Shown piece after piece: positions 16,754-26,869 of a DNA stretch of 35,807 nucleotides (position 1 is the stretch's first letter; each line of letters starts with the position of its first letter). The DNA comes from a virus (taxonomy: Duplodnaviria; Caudoviricetes): positions 1 through 35,807 of the IMG/VR virus record IMGVR_UViG_3300046778_000250; one strand, 5' to 3'. A program made the position numbers and the translations under genes. Below the pieces are notes generated by a model. It had not been told where the DNA came from and searched no databases. It was given only the letters and a program-made list of their open reading frames with translations.

Positions 16754-17769
16754 TGGCGATTTTATCTCTACAACAGGCGCGGGTTAATAGCCCAATCCTG
16801 ACTTCGATGGCTTACGGTATCCCGATTCAGGGATTTGTCGGAACGTCGATTATGCCAATGGTACCTGTGATGAAACGGGCGACCAAAATCATCACTTTTG
16901 CTAACAACCAGCAGAAGTACCTCTACGCTACTCGCCGCGCTCCTGGGGACAATATCACTAGGATTCAGACTAGTTATGGCGATACTGAGGTGAGTCTGTA
17001 TCAGGACGCACTTGAGGCTGAATTGCCGATTGAAATTGATGAAGAAGCCGAGGGTATTGTTGACCTTCAGACTGAGGCAATTAGCAACGTCAAGATTGGG
17101 CTAGCGACACGACTAGAAGCTGATATTTTCTCGTTGGTGAATAACTTTGCTGGTTATCCGGTGGCGAACCGCACTGCTTTGACCGCACTCACTCAATTTA
17201 GTGTAGGAACTGTTAATCCTACCCTTGCTTTCGATATTGCCAATCAAGCAGTATTGGCGGGGATTAGTAGGCTGCCTAATACGATTATTTACGGGGGTTT
17301 GAAGGCATTTAATGCAGTCAAAAATAATCCATTTATTCGCGACCAAGTTAAGTACACTACCTCTACTACTCCCAATCTCAATACCCTCAATGGGATTTTG
17401 GGTTATCCGTTTGGTAAAATCGCCACGGCAACCTATGTCAATCCGCTTGACCCAACTACCCAAATCCCATTTTTCGATAACTCGATTTGGGTTGGGTATG
17501 TACCTGGCAATGGCGAGATGACAACTAATCCCTACGACACTAGCAGCACTTTACAAGTGCTATCGGGAGCCAACAAGCGTGTACCGAGCTGGGGATATAC
17601 CTACACCCGCATGGCTGCAAAAGTGGCGGACAGAGAAACAGGATTAGTAATGGATATGCCTTACTACGGTGAGAATAATCGTACTTGGTATTTCCCAGGT
17701 GTAATCGATCGCCTCCCTGTCGTTACGGGTATGGCTGCTGGTTATTTAATCACGAACGTTGCTGCATAG
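16753..17769 (+). CDS. Major capsid protein
   Basis: 338 aa; AR...PILT..A.G....FVG....P.VPV, T.RAPG, PNTII, PSWGYTY, AGYLI.N. Confidence 0.88.
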   Translation: MAILSLQQARVNSPILTSMAYGIPIQGFVGTSIMPMVPVMKRATKIITFANNQQKYLYATRRAPGDNITRIQTSYGDTEVSLYQDALEAELPIEIDEEAEGIVDLQTEAISNVKIGLATRLEADIFSLVNNFAGYPVANRTALTALTQFSVGTVNPTLAFDIANQAVLAGISRLPNTIIYGGLKAFNAVKNNPFIRDQVKYTTSTTPNLNTLNGILGYPFGKIATATYVNPLDPTTQIPFFDNSIWVGYVPGNGEMTTNPYDTSSTLQVLSGANKRVPSWGYTYTRMAAKVADRETGLVMDMPYYGENNRTWYFPGVIDRLPVVTGMAAGYLITNVAA

Positions 17770-17776
17770 GAGATAC

Positions 17777-18049
17777 ATGAGTTTAATTATTTGTTACGTG
17801 TTGGCAGGCCCAATCGCTATGTCAGCAACAGAAATGGCTAATACTGGCGATTTGATTGAGCTGGAACAAGGTGATTTAGACCAACTCTCCCGCTGGGGAA
17901 TTGTGCGAGAAGCAACACAGGAAGAGATTGAGGCCTCTAAGCCTGCACCAACTGAGCCGGAGCCGCCAGCTCCAGAAGTACAAGAACCCGCACCCTCTCG
18001 TTCAAAATCTAAGCCTGCACCAACTGAGCCGGAGCCGCCAGTAACCTAG
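17777..18049 (+). CDS. Small post-capsid protein with Pro-rich tail
   Basis: AGGAG ribosome-binding site before ATG 17777; abuts the next gene. Confidence 0.7.
   Translation: MSLIICYVLAGPIAMSATEMANTGDLIELEQGDLDQLSRWGIVREATQEEIEASKPAPTEPEPPAPEVQEPAPSRSKSKPAPTEPEPPVT
17936..18041 (+). repeat. Perfect 34-bp direct repeat (SKPAPTEPEPP x2)
   Basis: 17936-17969 equals 18008-18041. Confidence 0.9.
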
Positions 18050-18478
18050 ATGTACGCCACACCCCAAGATTTTATCGATGCGTTTGGCGAGCCAGAGACA
18101 ATCCAGCTCACTAATCTTGATAATCCCGACACTAGTATTGTCAATCTGGTACCGCTAAACAAGGCTCTAGTCGATGCGAGTGGGATTATCGATATGTACG
18201 TGGCTAATCGCTATGTAACGCCCTTGGTGGTGGTATCGACGGTGATAAATGGCTATTGCTTGGACATTGCTCGGTATCGGCTTGATCGCATTAATCCCCG
18301 CGATGATGTCAGGCTGCGATATGAGGATGCGCTCAAGCAATTGCAGTTAGTTACCAAGGGGATGATTAGCCTGGGAACTGACACGTTGGGACAGAGCATC
18401 GATGCAACCGCAATCGATTTTGATAGTTCCGGCGCACGCAGTTATTCGGCTCCCTGTATCGATATGGGAGGGTTTTAG
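18050..18478 (+). CDS. Head-tail adaptor (Mu gp36/DUF1320-like)
   Basis: MYAT..D....FG..E..QLT, AL.DAS..ID.Y...RY..PL, C.DIARYRL, RYEDA...L. Confidence 0.9.
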   Translation: MYATPQDFIDAFGEPETIQLTNLDNPDTSIVNLVPLNKALVDASGIIDMYVANRYVTPLVVVSTVINGYCLDIARYRLDRINPRDDVRLRYEDALKQLQLVTKGMISLGTDTLGQSIDATAIDFDSSGARSYSAPCIDMGGF

Positions 18479-18542
18479 GTGGCGATGATGTACAAAGACA
18501 GAGAAATTATTAGCTTAGACAAGATCTTACTAAGAGAAAAAA

Positions 18543-18731
18543 GTGACTACAACTACTACCAAATACTTTGCTTACGCGCACCTTCCACCACAACTACAAG
18601 AGGTGTCAAAGCCAATAGGGGAACTAGCAGAGCTGATGGATGCTTCGCTACCCGATGGTCCAGAAAAATCAGCCGGAATGCGAAAGCTTCTAGAGGCGAA
18701 AGATTGCTTTGTTCGAGCCAAATTAGGGTAA
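18543..18731 (+). CDS. Small helical-hairpin protein, possibly Acb2/Tad1-like
   Basis: YFAYAHLP..LQ.VSKP..ELA......LPDGPEKSAGMRKLLEAKDC.VRA; functional call is tentative. Confidence 0.6.
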   Translation: MTTTTTKYFAYAHLPPQLQEVSKPIGELAELMDASLPDGPEKSAGMRKLLEAKDCFVRAKLG

Positions 18732-18735
18732 GCCA

Positions 18736-19251
18736 GTGGCGAACATCTTACAGCTAGAGGAGGCGATAATCGATCGCCTGGAAACCAAGTTAAAGCAGTA
18801 CACAGATACTCTCAATGCTCAGAATCCACCAGAACAAGCAGTATCGGTCAATGTGCGGGAACTGCCTGTCAATCCTGAAGAAATCAACGGGGTGGTGACG
18901 GGGACACAAGTATGGGTGGCATTCAGAAAGGAAACTTTCGAGACTCCCTCCAGAAGCGGTGTATCTAATCCGCTCAAACCACCATCACAGGAAAGAGAGA
19001 TTACGTTTGAATTAATCGTTCGAGCGCAGGCGTTGAGGGTGAAGGGGCATCAACGGATTTATCCAATCCTGGATGTGATTCGGGATGCTCTAACTGGATT
19101 TATGCCATGTGCTTTACACGTTGGCAATGGGATGACTAAACCACTCTATCCCGTACAGGCGGGGTTTACCAATATGGGTCAAGCTCTCTGGGTTTACTCG
19201 ATGACATTTGCTTGTCACGCAATCTATTCCGCACCAATTAAGGAGGTCTAA
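18736..19251 (+). CDS. Tail terminator / neck protein (Mu gp37-like)
   Basis: LEEAI..RL, Q.REI.FEL......LR, Y.ILD.IR.AL.GF.P, LWVY...F; position. Confidence 0.75.
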   Translation: MANILQLEEAIIDRLETKLKQYTDTLNAQNPPEQAVSVNVRELPVNPEEINGVVTGTQVWVAFRKETFETPSRSGVSNPLKPPSQEREITFELIVRAQALRVKGHQRIYPILDVIRDALTGFMPCALHVGNGMTKPLYPVQAGFTNMGQALWVYSMTFACHAIYSAPIKEV

Positions 19252-20034
19252 GTGAGTCAGTTATATTCGGGCATTGGTAAGATCGTCTTACTCGATCTTA
19301 ATCAGACAATTCCAGGCTTTCTATTCGCCGAACCAGTGGCGTTTAAAATCAACGCTAACAGCTCTGAAATCGTCTCTTATAAGATGGTTTGTGGTCGAAA
19401 AGTCCCAGCCGGAGCCAAAGAGGGACTAGTTGAGCGGACTTGTGCAATGACGATCGAAGCGGTCAATCGGGCTGCTTTGGAGATAGCCCTCGGTATTCGA
19501 TCAGCTATTTCTGCATCACTCGATCTAGTCGAACTCCGTAACAAAGGTGTCCCCACTACGGGTGCTTTTGAAATCACCGACCTCGATATCGGTGCAGCGT
19601 TGGGAGTACAAGCCTATGTGATTGAGAAGGGTGCTTGGGGTGACGCTGGCCCACTAACTCTACTCGCGACAGGTTCCCCAGCTACAGGGCAATATCGAGT
19701 TGATGGAACTAACAATAAAATCATCTTTAATGCCGCTCAAGCTGGTGCGCCGATTGCCTACACGCTAATCAAAAACTATGCGGGTTTGCGGACGATTGGC
19801 AAGGAACAAGGGGCGGCACAGCTCAATAATATCGGCTTACAGGGGGTATTATTTACCGATTCTGGCACCGAATATACGAAGATTGTCATCCCTAAAATGA
19901 TTCGCACCAAAGCCACTAGCCTCGACTTTGGTGAGAAACTCTCGCTCGAATTAGAGTATCGAATGGTAGTCGCATCTGGGCAGGAAAATGACCATTACTT
20001 AGTTGAGATGCCTGCTGGTTACGTCGCTTGTTAA
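19252..20034 (+). CDS. Major tail tube protein
   Basis: 260 aa, beta-rich; between terminator and chaperone/tape measure; no sheath gene seen. Confidence 0.65.
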   Translation: MSQLYSGIGKIVLLDLNQTIPGFLFAEPVAFKINANSSEIVSYKMVCGRKVPAGAKEGLVERTCAMTIEAVNRAALEIALGIRSAISASLDLVELRNKGVPTTGAFEITDLDIGAALGVQAYVIEKGAWGDAGPLTLLATGSPATGQYRVDGTNNKIIFNAAQAGAPIAYTLIKNYAGLRTIGKEQGAAQLNNIGLQGVLFTDSGTEYTKIVIPKMIRTKATSLDFGEKLSLELEYRMVVASGQENDHYLVEMPAGYVAC

Positions 20035-20037
20035 CTT

Positions 20038-20613
20038 ATGCAGTGGCTTGATTTTCCCGCACTAGCAGAGTTTGGCGATAGACATGGCATCGTCCGACCT
20101 ATCTATGGGATGACGGTGTTTGGGCGGTTTGAGTTTGCAGATCGACTATGCGATTTGCAAACTATTCTCGAAGAATCACCTGATAACTTATCGTGGGCAC
20201 AGCTCTATATTGATGACACCAGATTCCGTAACCTGATTGCCAAAGCCTTGGGCTGTTGGGGGATTGATGTCGAATGGTTGGCACTATCCCAAATCGAACA
20301 GTTACTATTTGCGCGAGGTGAGGAATGTGGCTGGTTAATCGAACTATCCCAACCCAAAGAATCATCGTCAGAGGGTAAAGCAGTAGGAACACTGGCGGAG
20401 ACGATTGCGATTATCTCCAGTCACTGCCAATCGCTCACTGAGGCTCTGGAGTTGGCGAATACTGTACCCTCTGACTTACTAGTGGAAATCACCAAGGCAC
20501 GAGCAAACATGAGCGAGGCACAGGAACAGGGGAAGAATCCTCAACAACAAGACAAAGAGCGGCATCTGAAGGAAAACTACAACAAGATAATGTCAGCGTT
20601 TGACAAGCAGTAG
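20038..20613 (+). CDS. Putative tail assembly chaperone
   Basis: Acidic helical protein directly after the tube gene; positional call. Confidence 0.45.
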   Translation: MQWLDFPALAEFGDRHGIVRPIYGMTVFGRFEFADRLCDLQTILEESPDNLSWAQLYIDDTRFRNLIAKALGCWGIDVEWLALSQIEQLLFARGEECGWLIELSQPKESSSEGKAVGTLAETIAIISSHCQSLTEALELANTVPSDLLVEITKARANMSEAQEQGKNPQQQDKERHLKENYNKIMSAFDKQ

Positions 20614-20627
20614 CGAGGTTTTAAAAT

Positions 20628-20954
20628 ATGCTCCAGAAAATCAAGCTGATAATCGAGACTGGTAATGGGAATGTGGCGATCGCTGCCGATAGCGGTCAGA
20701 TCGATGTAGTTTGGCAGCCGTTACTCGATATTGCCTTTCGTGGTCAGGTAATCGGTGATTTTAATAGGGTTCCTGCTGGTGATATGGGTAAAAACCTAAA
20801 CGATGCGATCGATTCACTCCGCAACGATCGCGGCTCTTATGCGAGTTTAACACCAGCACAATTAGGGCTAAGACCGAGGATTTTGGAGTTTTTGACCAAC
20901 TGGCGAGAAGATTGTCGCGAACACCCAGCAACCTTCATATCGATCGAACCATAA
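20628..20954 (+). CDS. Hypothetical tail-region protein
   Basis: GAGG ribosome-binding site, 108-aa ORF in operon. Confidence 0.6.
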   Translation: MLQKIKLIIETGNGNVAIAADSGQIDVVWQPLLDIAFRGQVIGDFNRVPAGDMGKNLNDAIDSLRNDRGSYASLTPAQLGLRPRILEFLTNWREDCREHPATFISIEP

Positions 20955-20964
20955 GGCAAATTTA

Positions 20965-21288
20965 ATGGTTAAAAATTTAGTAGTTTCGGAATCAGAACAA
21001 TATCCAGAAGAACCTAAAAAACACTACTTGTATAATCTTGTTCCTATTTCAGTAAAAATTAAAGTCTTTAAAATTTTAGAGTCTGGCATAGATCCAATTC
21101 TTTTCGATAAAGAGCAACAGGAATTGTTAGACGATCTGTTGTCTGATGCTGATATCTTGCTTTTTCCAGACAAAAAGAACTTTCCCAAGGTTAAGGAAAT
21201 TTACGACGCACTTACAGATGCTATTGCTAAACTAGCTTTTGTACCATGTGGAGTAGAGATTTTTGGATATAGATACGAGGTGATTTGA
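20965..21288 (+). CDS. Hypothetical protein in an AT-rich insert
   Basis: 107 aa, ends LAFVPCGVEIFG; visibly more AT-rich than the flanks. Confidence 0.65.
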   Translation: MVKNLVVSESEQYPEEPKKHYLYNLVPISVKIKVFKILESGIDPILFDKEQQELLDDLLSDADILLFPDKKNFPKVKEIYDALTDAIAKLAFVPCGVEIFGYRYEVI

Positions 21289-22136
21289 TGCGCCCTAGTC
21301 CAGATATTATTGGCAATAAATTTGGGATGCTCTTGTGTGCCGGATCGAGACAAGAATTAACTGGTAAAACCCGTAAAACATATACAAAAATATGGCAATT
21401 TCAGTGTGATTGCGGTAAATTAGTCGATTTATGCAGGCATGATGTAGAGAGAAACGGACAAAGATCGTGCGGCTGTTTGGGGCGCGATCGCAAGGGTAGA
21501 GTAGACAATAAGCGTCGTCCTGATAATATTCAGGGGCAAAGATTCGGTAATTTGGTCGCGATCGAGATGTTGCCAGAGGTACGCGAATGGAATTCAGCAA
21601 TTTGGAGATGCCAGTGTGATTGCGGAAATATTGTCAACTTCAACCGCAAGCGATTAAACAAGGGCATTAGGCTCAACTGTGGGGATAAGAAAAACCATAA
21701 ATTCTATTTAAAAAAATACCCTGAATCACCAAGCACCTTACCAGAAGAAGTGTGGAAAATTGTTGAGCAATATCTAATTTTCACCAAAGCAGAATATAAG
21801 GCTGATTTTCAATCACAAGCAATTGAAGACGAAAAATTTAATCGTTTGCTCCGAGCAGCGTTTATTCTATACTGGCGGCGATCTCAGGGTGAGGATTTAG
21901 ATAAACTATTTGAGCGGCGATACATTCACAAGTATTTAAGATATGCAAGGATTTCTATTAGGGTAAAAGCAATTCGTGAAAGGCATGGAATTAGGGATAT
22001 AATTAGAGATGATTTAAGCCAAATAGGTAAGTACATGACCAACGCAACAATGTCCGTTGACTCAGAAGGAAATCTTCGTGAGGGAAGTATTTTGATACCT
22101 AAAAAACCTAGAAGATTTAAGTTTAAAACCTGCTAA
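21285..22136 (+). CDS. Protein with two Cys-rich domains of the HNH-associated type but no nuclease motif
   Basis: G.KFG.L...WQFQCDCG...SCGC and GQRFG.L...WRCQCDCG...NCG; no IDRID/NCRWAT motif. Confidence 0.7.
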   Translation: MMRPSPDIIGNKFGMLLCAGSRQELTGKTRKTYTKIWQFQCDCGKLVDLCRHDVERNGQRSCGCLGRDRKGRVDNKRRPDNIQGQRFGNLVAIEMLPEVREWNSAIWRCQCDCGNIVNFNRKRLNKGIRLNCGDKKNHKFYLKKYPESPSTLPEEVWKIVEQYLIFTKAEYKADFQSQAIEDEKFNRLLRAAFILYWRRSQGEDLDKLFERRYIHKYLRYARISIRVKAIRERHGIRDIIRDDLSQIGKYMTNATMSVDSEGNLREGSILIPKKPRRFKFKTC

Positions 22137-22143
22137 TAAATAA

Positions 22144-25100
22144 ATGGCTAACAATCTCCGTCTACAGCTCGAAATTCTCACCAGCGGTGGTGCTGCTACT
22201 GTGGGTGAGTTGCGGCGGATTCGGGAAGCGGCGGCACAAGCGGCGGCGGAGAGTAGACAGCAATCAGCCACTCAACAACAGGGGAATACTCTTTTGGGTG
22301 GTGGAATTGCTGAACTAGCATTTCGATACAATACGGTGGTCGGTGCGCTCCAGAACCTCAGAGCCACTGCCCAACCAGTCTATGATGCGCTGATTGCCAG
22401 TAATGAGAAGCTTAATGCTCAGATTCTATCCTCTCAGACTAACCTAGCATCCTCAACAAGGCTGTTTAAATCGGGTGTAGAAGTTACTGACCCAACGGCT
22501 AAGATCCAAGCGTCGGCGGGGGCATTGAGAGCAGCAATTAAGCAGATTGAAATCGACACCCAATCACTCGTTGGGGTTACTTCTGCTCAAGTAAACGAAC
22601 TTTTCCAGATTACTCTCACTAATGCGGGGGCACTCAACAATCAATCTAAGCAATTTCCTGATGCGATCGCGGCTGCTACGTCTCTAACCAAGGGTTGGGC
22701 GGCATCGCTCAAGGTGGTAGGAATCCCACTGAACCAGGCGCGACAAGAGATTAACTCGATTATCAAGGGTCAAATTACCCAAGATTCGCTACTTGCAAAG
22801 AATCTGAATATCACCAATCAACAGGTGGAGGCTTGGCGGAGTCAGGGTAAATTAGTTGATGAGCTGAACAAGCGATTGGATGTTTTCGTGGCGGGGAATG
22901 CGATCGCAGCTCGGAGCATCGAAGGTATTAGCTCGAATATCTTGGACTTGAGCGAAAGAATTGCCCGTAATGTGGGTGAGCCATTACTAGAGCCGTTAAT
23001 CGACTCACTGGCTGAAGTTGAGAAATACCTTAAAGCTAGTGAGGATGCAATTATTGGCTTTTTCCGTCAACTGTCCGACGAAATCTTACGGCAAGGTGGA
23101 ACTATTGCTGAAGCGTTTAAACCTTTAGGGAAAACACTGCTCGAAATTGGCGCAGATTTGGGGCCGATCGCTCTCTCTGCCATCAAGGGGATATTAAATG
23201 TACTATCGGGGCTAGCTCAAGTCATCGCACCACTAGCCAATCAGTTGGCTAGTGTGGTTAAGTTATTGGCAGATTTTGCAGCTACCGATCTGGGCGGGGT
23301 AGTGGTGCAGACGGCGGCGGTTGTGCTGGTGTTGGGACAACTGAGTGCGATTATTAGTGGTTTGGCTGTGGCTGCGGTACCTGCTCTGGCGACTGCCGTT
23401 CTATCCTTAGCATCTAAAATGCTGCTACTAGAGGGTAGTATTGGCGCAGCAGGGCTAATTAGTGTTGTCTCTAGCGTGAGCATGGGTGCTTTGAGCGGAG
23501 TCCTTAAGCTATTGGCTGCTGATGCGATCGCGCTAAACCTAGCACTCATACCTCTGACAGCAGCGATTGGATTAGCGGTACTAGTTCGCACAACTAACGA
23601 CCTGAAGGATGCCAACGAGGCTTTAGAGGAATATGGCAAGCAGATTCTCACCACTGCTGATGGGGTATTCTCAATCTCCAGTGAACTCAATCGGTATAAC
23701 AAAATTGTCGAAGATGGCGGCGTACTCACTGATAAGCAAATTAGCCGCCAGAAACAACTTAGAGTATCGGCAAGCGCACAAGTAGAGGGGATCCAACTCC
23801 AGATTAAAGCACAGAAGGAACTCACCAAACTCAGCGACGACCAGGCACAGCAGCGCGATAGTAACATCAAGCAATTAGAGGCACTAGCTGAACGACTGGA
23901 AAAAGCAGCAGGTGGGCTGAAGTTGCAAGCGAAGGAACTGGAAGATTTAGGCACTACGTCTGAATTATTCGCAAAGAAGCTAGAGAACGCGAAGCGAAAC
24001 TTCAACAGTCCCGCTGATGCCGAACAGTTCAAGGAGGGCGCGAAGCAGATTCTTTCCCTCGTTAAATCAGGGGTAGATGCAAAGCTACTAAGTGTTGAGG
24101 CGGGACGGAAAGAGATAGAGGCTGTCAAGACCAATACTAAGGTGGAGTTAGAGACTCGTTTTGCTGCAAAGGAAGCGATCAATAAACTCTACGATAGTCG
24201 AATTTCTAAGGTCAAGGAATTAATCGAAGTTGATGCTTTACAAGCCGCGACTGGACTGGATGGGTTGAGTAAAAAGGTAAAGGGATCGGTTGAGGTTGAT
24301 ATCTTCCAATCTAGTACTGGCTTGGACGAGCTGGCTAAGATTCGAGATGACGCAACTTTGGAAGCCAGCACCAGGCAAAAGGCCGCGCAGCAAATTGTTG
24401 GCATTAGAAAAGAGCAGATCGATGCCGAATCAGTGGTTATCGCTGCGGGACAAGCCCGAATTGCGGCTCTCCAATCCCAGCGGCGGATTGGTGAAGCCAG
24501 GGCAGACGAAGAAGCTACCAAACTAAAAGTAGCTGAAATCAACAAGCGAATTCAAATTGCAAAGGTGGAGTTTGAGAATGCTACCAATAGCGATAAACGG
24601 GCAAAGTTTAAAGCGGAAGCTGAGAAGAGTGTGATCGAATTCGATAAGCTCGAAGCAGATCTGTTGGTTCGCCGACGGAAACGGGCAATTGAAGATTTCG
24701 ATGAGCGGCGGAACCTCATTAAGGCTCAGAACGACTTAGGATTGATTGATCGAGGTACATACAATCAGCAAATTTTAGCCAACGATCTGGCTCAGAATGA
24801 CGCAGCAATCAACCAACAGCGAAAAGCATTAGGGTTGCTCTCTGTCACTGATAAAGAGGGTAGAGAGGCAATTAACTCTCAAATTGCCCAACTCCAGAGC
24901 AAGCGAGTGGAGATTGCTGGAGCTTTCGATCAGGCAGATCTCAAGCGTCAGACCGAATTTTTCGACCAAGAGTTGACCGCACTGGAAACAGCTAAAAATG
25001 AACGGGTAATTACTGAGTCCGAATATGCCCAGCAACGCACTCAAAATCGTATCCAACAGGCGGATGCTGAGATTGCTGTGGCTCGACGTGAGTTGACGCG

Positions 25101-26868
25101 ACTGGGTGCCAATGATATTGAAGGACGGAATGCGATTAACGCCAGAATTAATGAGTTAGGCTCAAAACGGCTCAAAACACTAGAAGAGTTTTATGGTGCT
25201 GAATTGGCACTAGTGAAGGATGCTCAGGCGAAGGTGTTGGATTTGATTAATCAGTCTGAGCAGCAGAGATTAATCGACCTGCGAAAGTTGGTGAATCAGC
25301 GATTGATTCGCCAAGAGGATGCTGATAAAGCTCGGAACCGCTCGACTGTTGCCAAGCAACGGGCGGAACTTCAACAGGCACAAGATTTTGAGTCAGCATT
25401 GGCGCGAATATCGGGGGCGGTGCGGAGTCCTGAAGCTGAACGTGTCTATCAGCAACAAGTGAGGGATGCACGGTCTAAAACTCTGAGTGTGACATTGCAG
25501 TTGGCTCAGGCTGAGGGGAATGAGTTAGAACGGTTGCGGGGATTAGCTCTGAAGGGGATTGAGGATGAGGTTTCGGCTCGCGCTCGTTCTGTAGACTTGC
25601 AATTATCCCAAATCGCACAGGTGAGTGGGGAACGGGAACGGGCGAGTAAGGATGCTGAGGCTAGTGCTGGCCGCGAAGTTTTTGCGCTTGATTTGGTGAC
25701 TAAAACGCTGGAACGCCAGAATTCCCTGCTAATTGCGAGAAATAATCTCACAAAAGCCCGTTTTGATGCGGCAATTAGTGAGGGTGATTTGGAGTTAGCA
25801 CGGGTGAATCGAGCGATCGAACTCAAACGTCAACTCGACAGCAATCTACCAACCGAACAGCGAATCATTTTGATGCGGGAACTGGCGGATTTGACGCAGA
25901 ATAGTGGCGCGTCTGAATATCAACTGGTTCAGCAGAAATTAGCGATCGAGCAGCAGAATGCAGCGGTGAAGCGAGAGAGTGTGCTGTTTCAACAGGCAGG
26001 CGATAGGGCGGCTCTGAGCGTTGAACAGCAGAAAATAGACTTAGCTAACCAACGGGCGGTTATCGAGGCTAGAATCGCCGAATTGAAGGCGAAGCAGGCG
26101 GTTTTGGATGCTAAGTCGGTTGTTGACCAGACGGAGCTGAAGAGCAGGAAGTCGATTGATGCGGCGAATTTAGCACTTGAGCAGGCGAAGGCGTTACAGC
26201 CAGGACGGGAACGCGATAAGGCGATTGCGGATGCTAAGAATCGGCTGGCAATTGCGACTACGGAAGCGGAAACTAGTACGGCGAATGCCTTGCAGGGTGT
26301 AGATTTAGCAAAACAACAGGCTGAGTTTGCCAGTCAGACTACCTTGCAAGCAGTGGAGCAGGTGAAATCGTTTAGCAGTGTCAAGGATTTGCAGGCGGAG
26401 ACCCTCAAGACGCAGCAGAACATGGTGCTGGAACAGTTGAAAGCGGCGGAAGCAGCTAAAAAATACGCGGATGAGTTGGAACGGGCAAAGGCGGCATTGA
26501 CTCAGACTTCCACCACTTATAGCACTCCGCTGGTATTCCAAGCACGGGCGCGAGGTGGCTCGGTAAGTAGTGGGCAAGCTTATATCGTGGGAGAGAATAG
26601 TCCTGAATTATTCGTCCCTGGCGTGTCGGGAACGGTGCTAAATCGGGAGCAGATTTTAAAGAATCTAGGAGGTTTGGGTGAGCTGAGTTTAAATGTGGGA
26701 GGGGGGAAGGGGGTAGATAATCAGCAAGTTGTAGCGGCGGTACAGTCGCTAGAGCAAACAATTCGCAGCCGTCCGCCTGCGCCGATTGTGGCTAATTTTG
26801 CGGCTGCTGATGATGGGCAATTAGATAAAATGTTCGCGATTCAACGTTCGGCTTTGAGGATTACGTGA
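22144..26868 (+). CDS. Tape measure protein
   Basis: 1574 aa, Ala/Gln/Glu-rich coiled coil, central hydrophobic stretch, C-terminal RARGGSV..G..YIVGE.SPELFVP. Confidence 0.93.
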   Translation: MANNLRLQLEILTSGGAATVGELRRIREAAAQAAAESRQQSATQQQGNTLLGGGIAELAFRYNTVVGALQNLRATAQPVYDALIASNEKLNAQILSSQTNLASSTRLFKSGVEVTDPTAKIQASAGALRAAIKQIEIDTQSLVGVTSAQVNELFQITLTNAGALNNQSKQFPDAIAAATSLTKGWAASLKVVGIPLNQARQEINSIIKGQITQDSLLAKNLNITNQQVEAWRSQGKLVDELNKRLDVFVAGNAIAARSIEGISSNILDLSERIARNVGEPLLEPLIDSLAEVEKYLKASEDAIIGFFRQLSDEILRQGGTIAEAFKPLGKTLLEIGADLGPIALSAIKGILNVLSGLAQVIAPLANQLASVVKLLADFAATDLGGVVVQTAAVVLVLGQLSAIISGLAVAAVPALATAVLSLASKMLLLEGSIGAAGLISVVSSVSMGALSGVLKLLAADAIALNLALIPLTAAIGLAVLVRTTNDLKDANEALEEYGKQILTTADGVFSISSELNRYNKIVEDGGVLTDKQISRQKQLRVSASAQVEGIQLQIKAQKELTKLSDDQAQQRDSNIKQLEALAERLEKAAGGLKLQAKELEDLGTTSELFAKKLENAKRNFNSPADAEQFKEGAKQILSLVKSGVDAKLLSVEAGRKEIEAVKTNTKVELETRFAAKEAINKLYDSRISKVKELIEVDALQAATGLDGLSKKVKGSVEVDIFQSSTGLDELAKIRDDATLEASTRQKAAQQIVGIRKEQIDAESVVIAAGQARIAALQSQRRIGEARADEEATKLKVAEINKRIQIAKVEFENATNSDKRAKFKAEAEKSVIEFDKLEADLLVRRRKRAIEDFDERRNLIKAQNDLGLIDRGTYNQQILANDLAQNDAAINQQRKALGLLSVTDKEGREAINSQIAQLQSKRVEIAGAFDQADLKRQTEFFDQELTALETAKNERVITESEYAQQRTQNRIQQADAEIAVARRELTRLGANDIEGRNAINARINELGSKRLKTLEEFYGAELALVKDAQAKVLDLINQSEQQRLIDLRKLVNQRLIRQEDADKARNRSTVAKQRAELQQAQDFESALARISGAVRSPEAERVYQQQVRDARSKTLSVTLQLAQAEGNELERLRGLALKGIEDEVSARARSVDLQLSQIAQVSGERERASKDAEASAGREVFALDLVTKTLERQNSLLIARNNLTKARFDAAISEGDLELARVNRAIELKRQLDSNLPTEQRIILMRELADLTQNSGASEYQLVQQKLAIEQQNAAVKRESVLFQQAGDRAALSVEQQKIDLANQRAVIEARIAELKAKQAVLDAKSVVDQTELKSRKSIDAANLALEQAKALQPGRERDKAIADAKNRLAIATTEAETSTANALQGVDLAKQQAEFASQTTLQAVEQVKSFSSVKDLQAETLKTQQNMVLEQLKAAEAAKKYADELERAKAALTQTSTTYSTPLVFQARARGGSVSSGQAYIVGENSPELFVPGVSGTVLNREQILKNLGGLGELSLNVGGGKGVDNQQVVAAVQSLEQTIRSRPPAPIVANFAAADDGQLDKMFAIQRSALRIT

Positions 26869-26869
26869 A

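Noticed and set aside
18479-18757. 92-aa ORF from the track
   Set aside because: Overlaps the more protein-like 18543..18731 in another frame; better explained as the stranded original start of the gp37-like gene
20038-20954. Programmed -1 frameshift in the tail chaperone
   Set aside because: No convincing slippery heptamer joining the two ORFs was found by eye; the second gene has its own ribosome-binding site
24215-24340. Internal duplication in the tape measure (EVD..Q..TGLD.L.K x2)
   Set aside because: Real but ordinary for tape measure proteins
23241-26761. Long antisense ORFs within the tape measure gene, and similar shadow ORFs elsewhere
   Set aside because: Ser/Ala/Leu-rich mirror frames of a strong coding gene with no motifs
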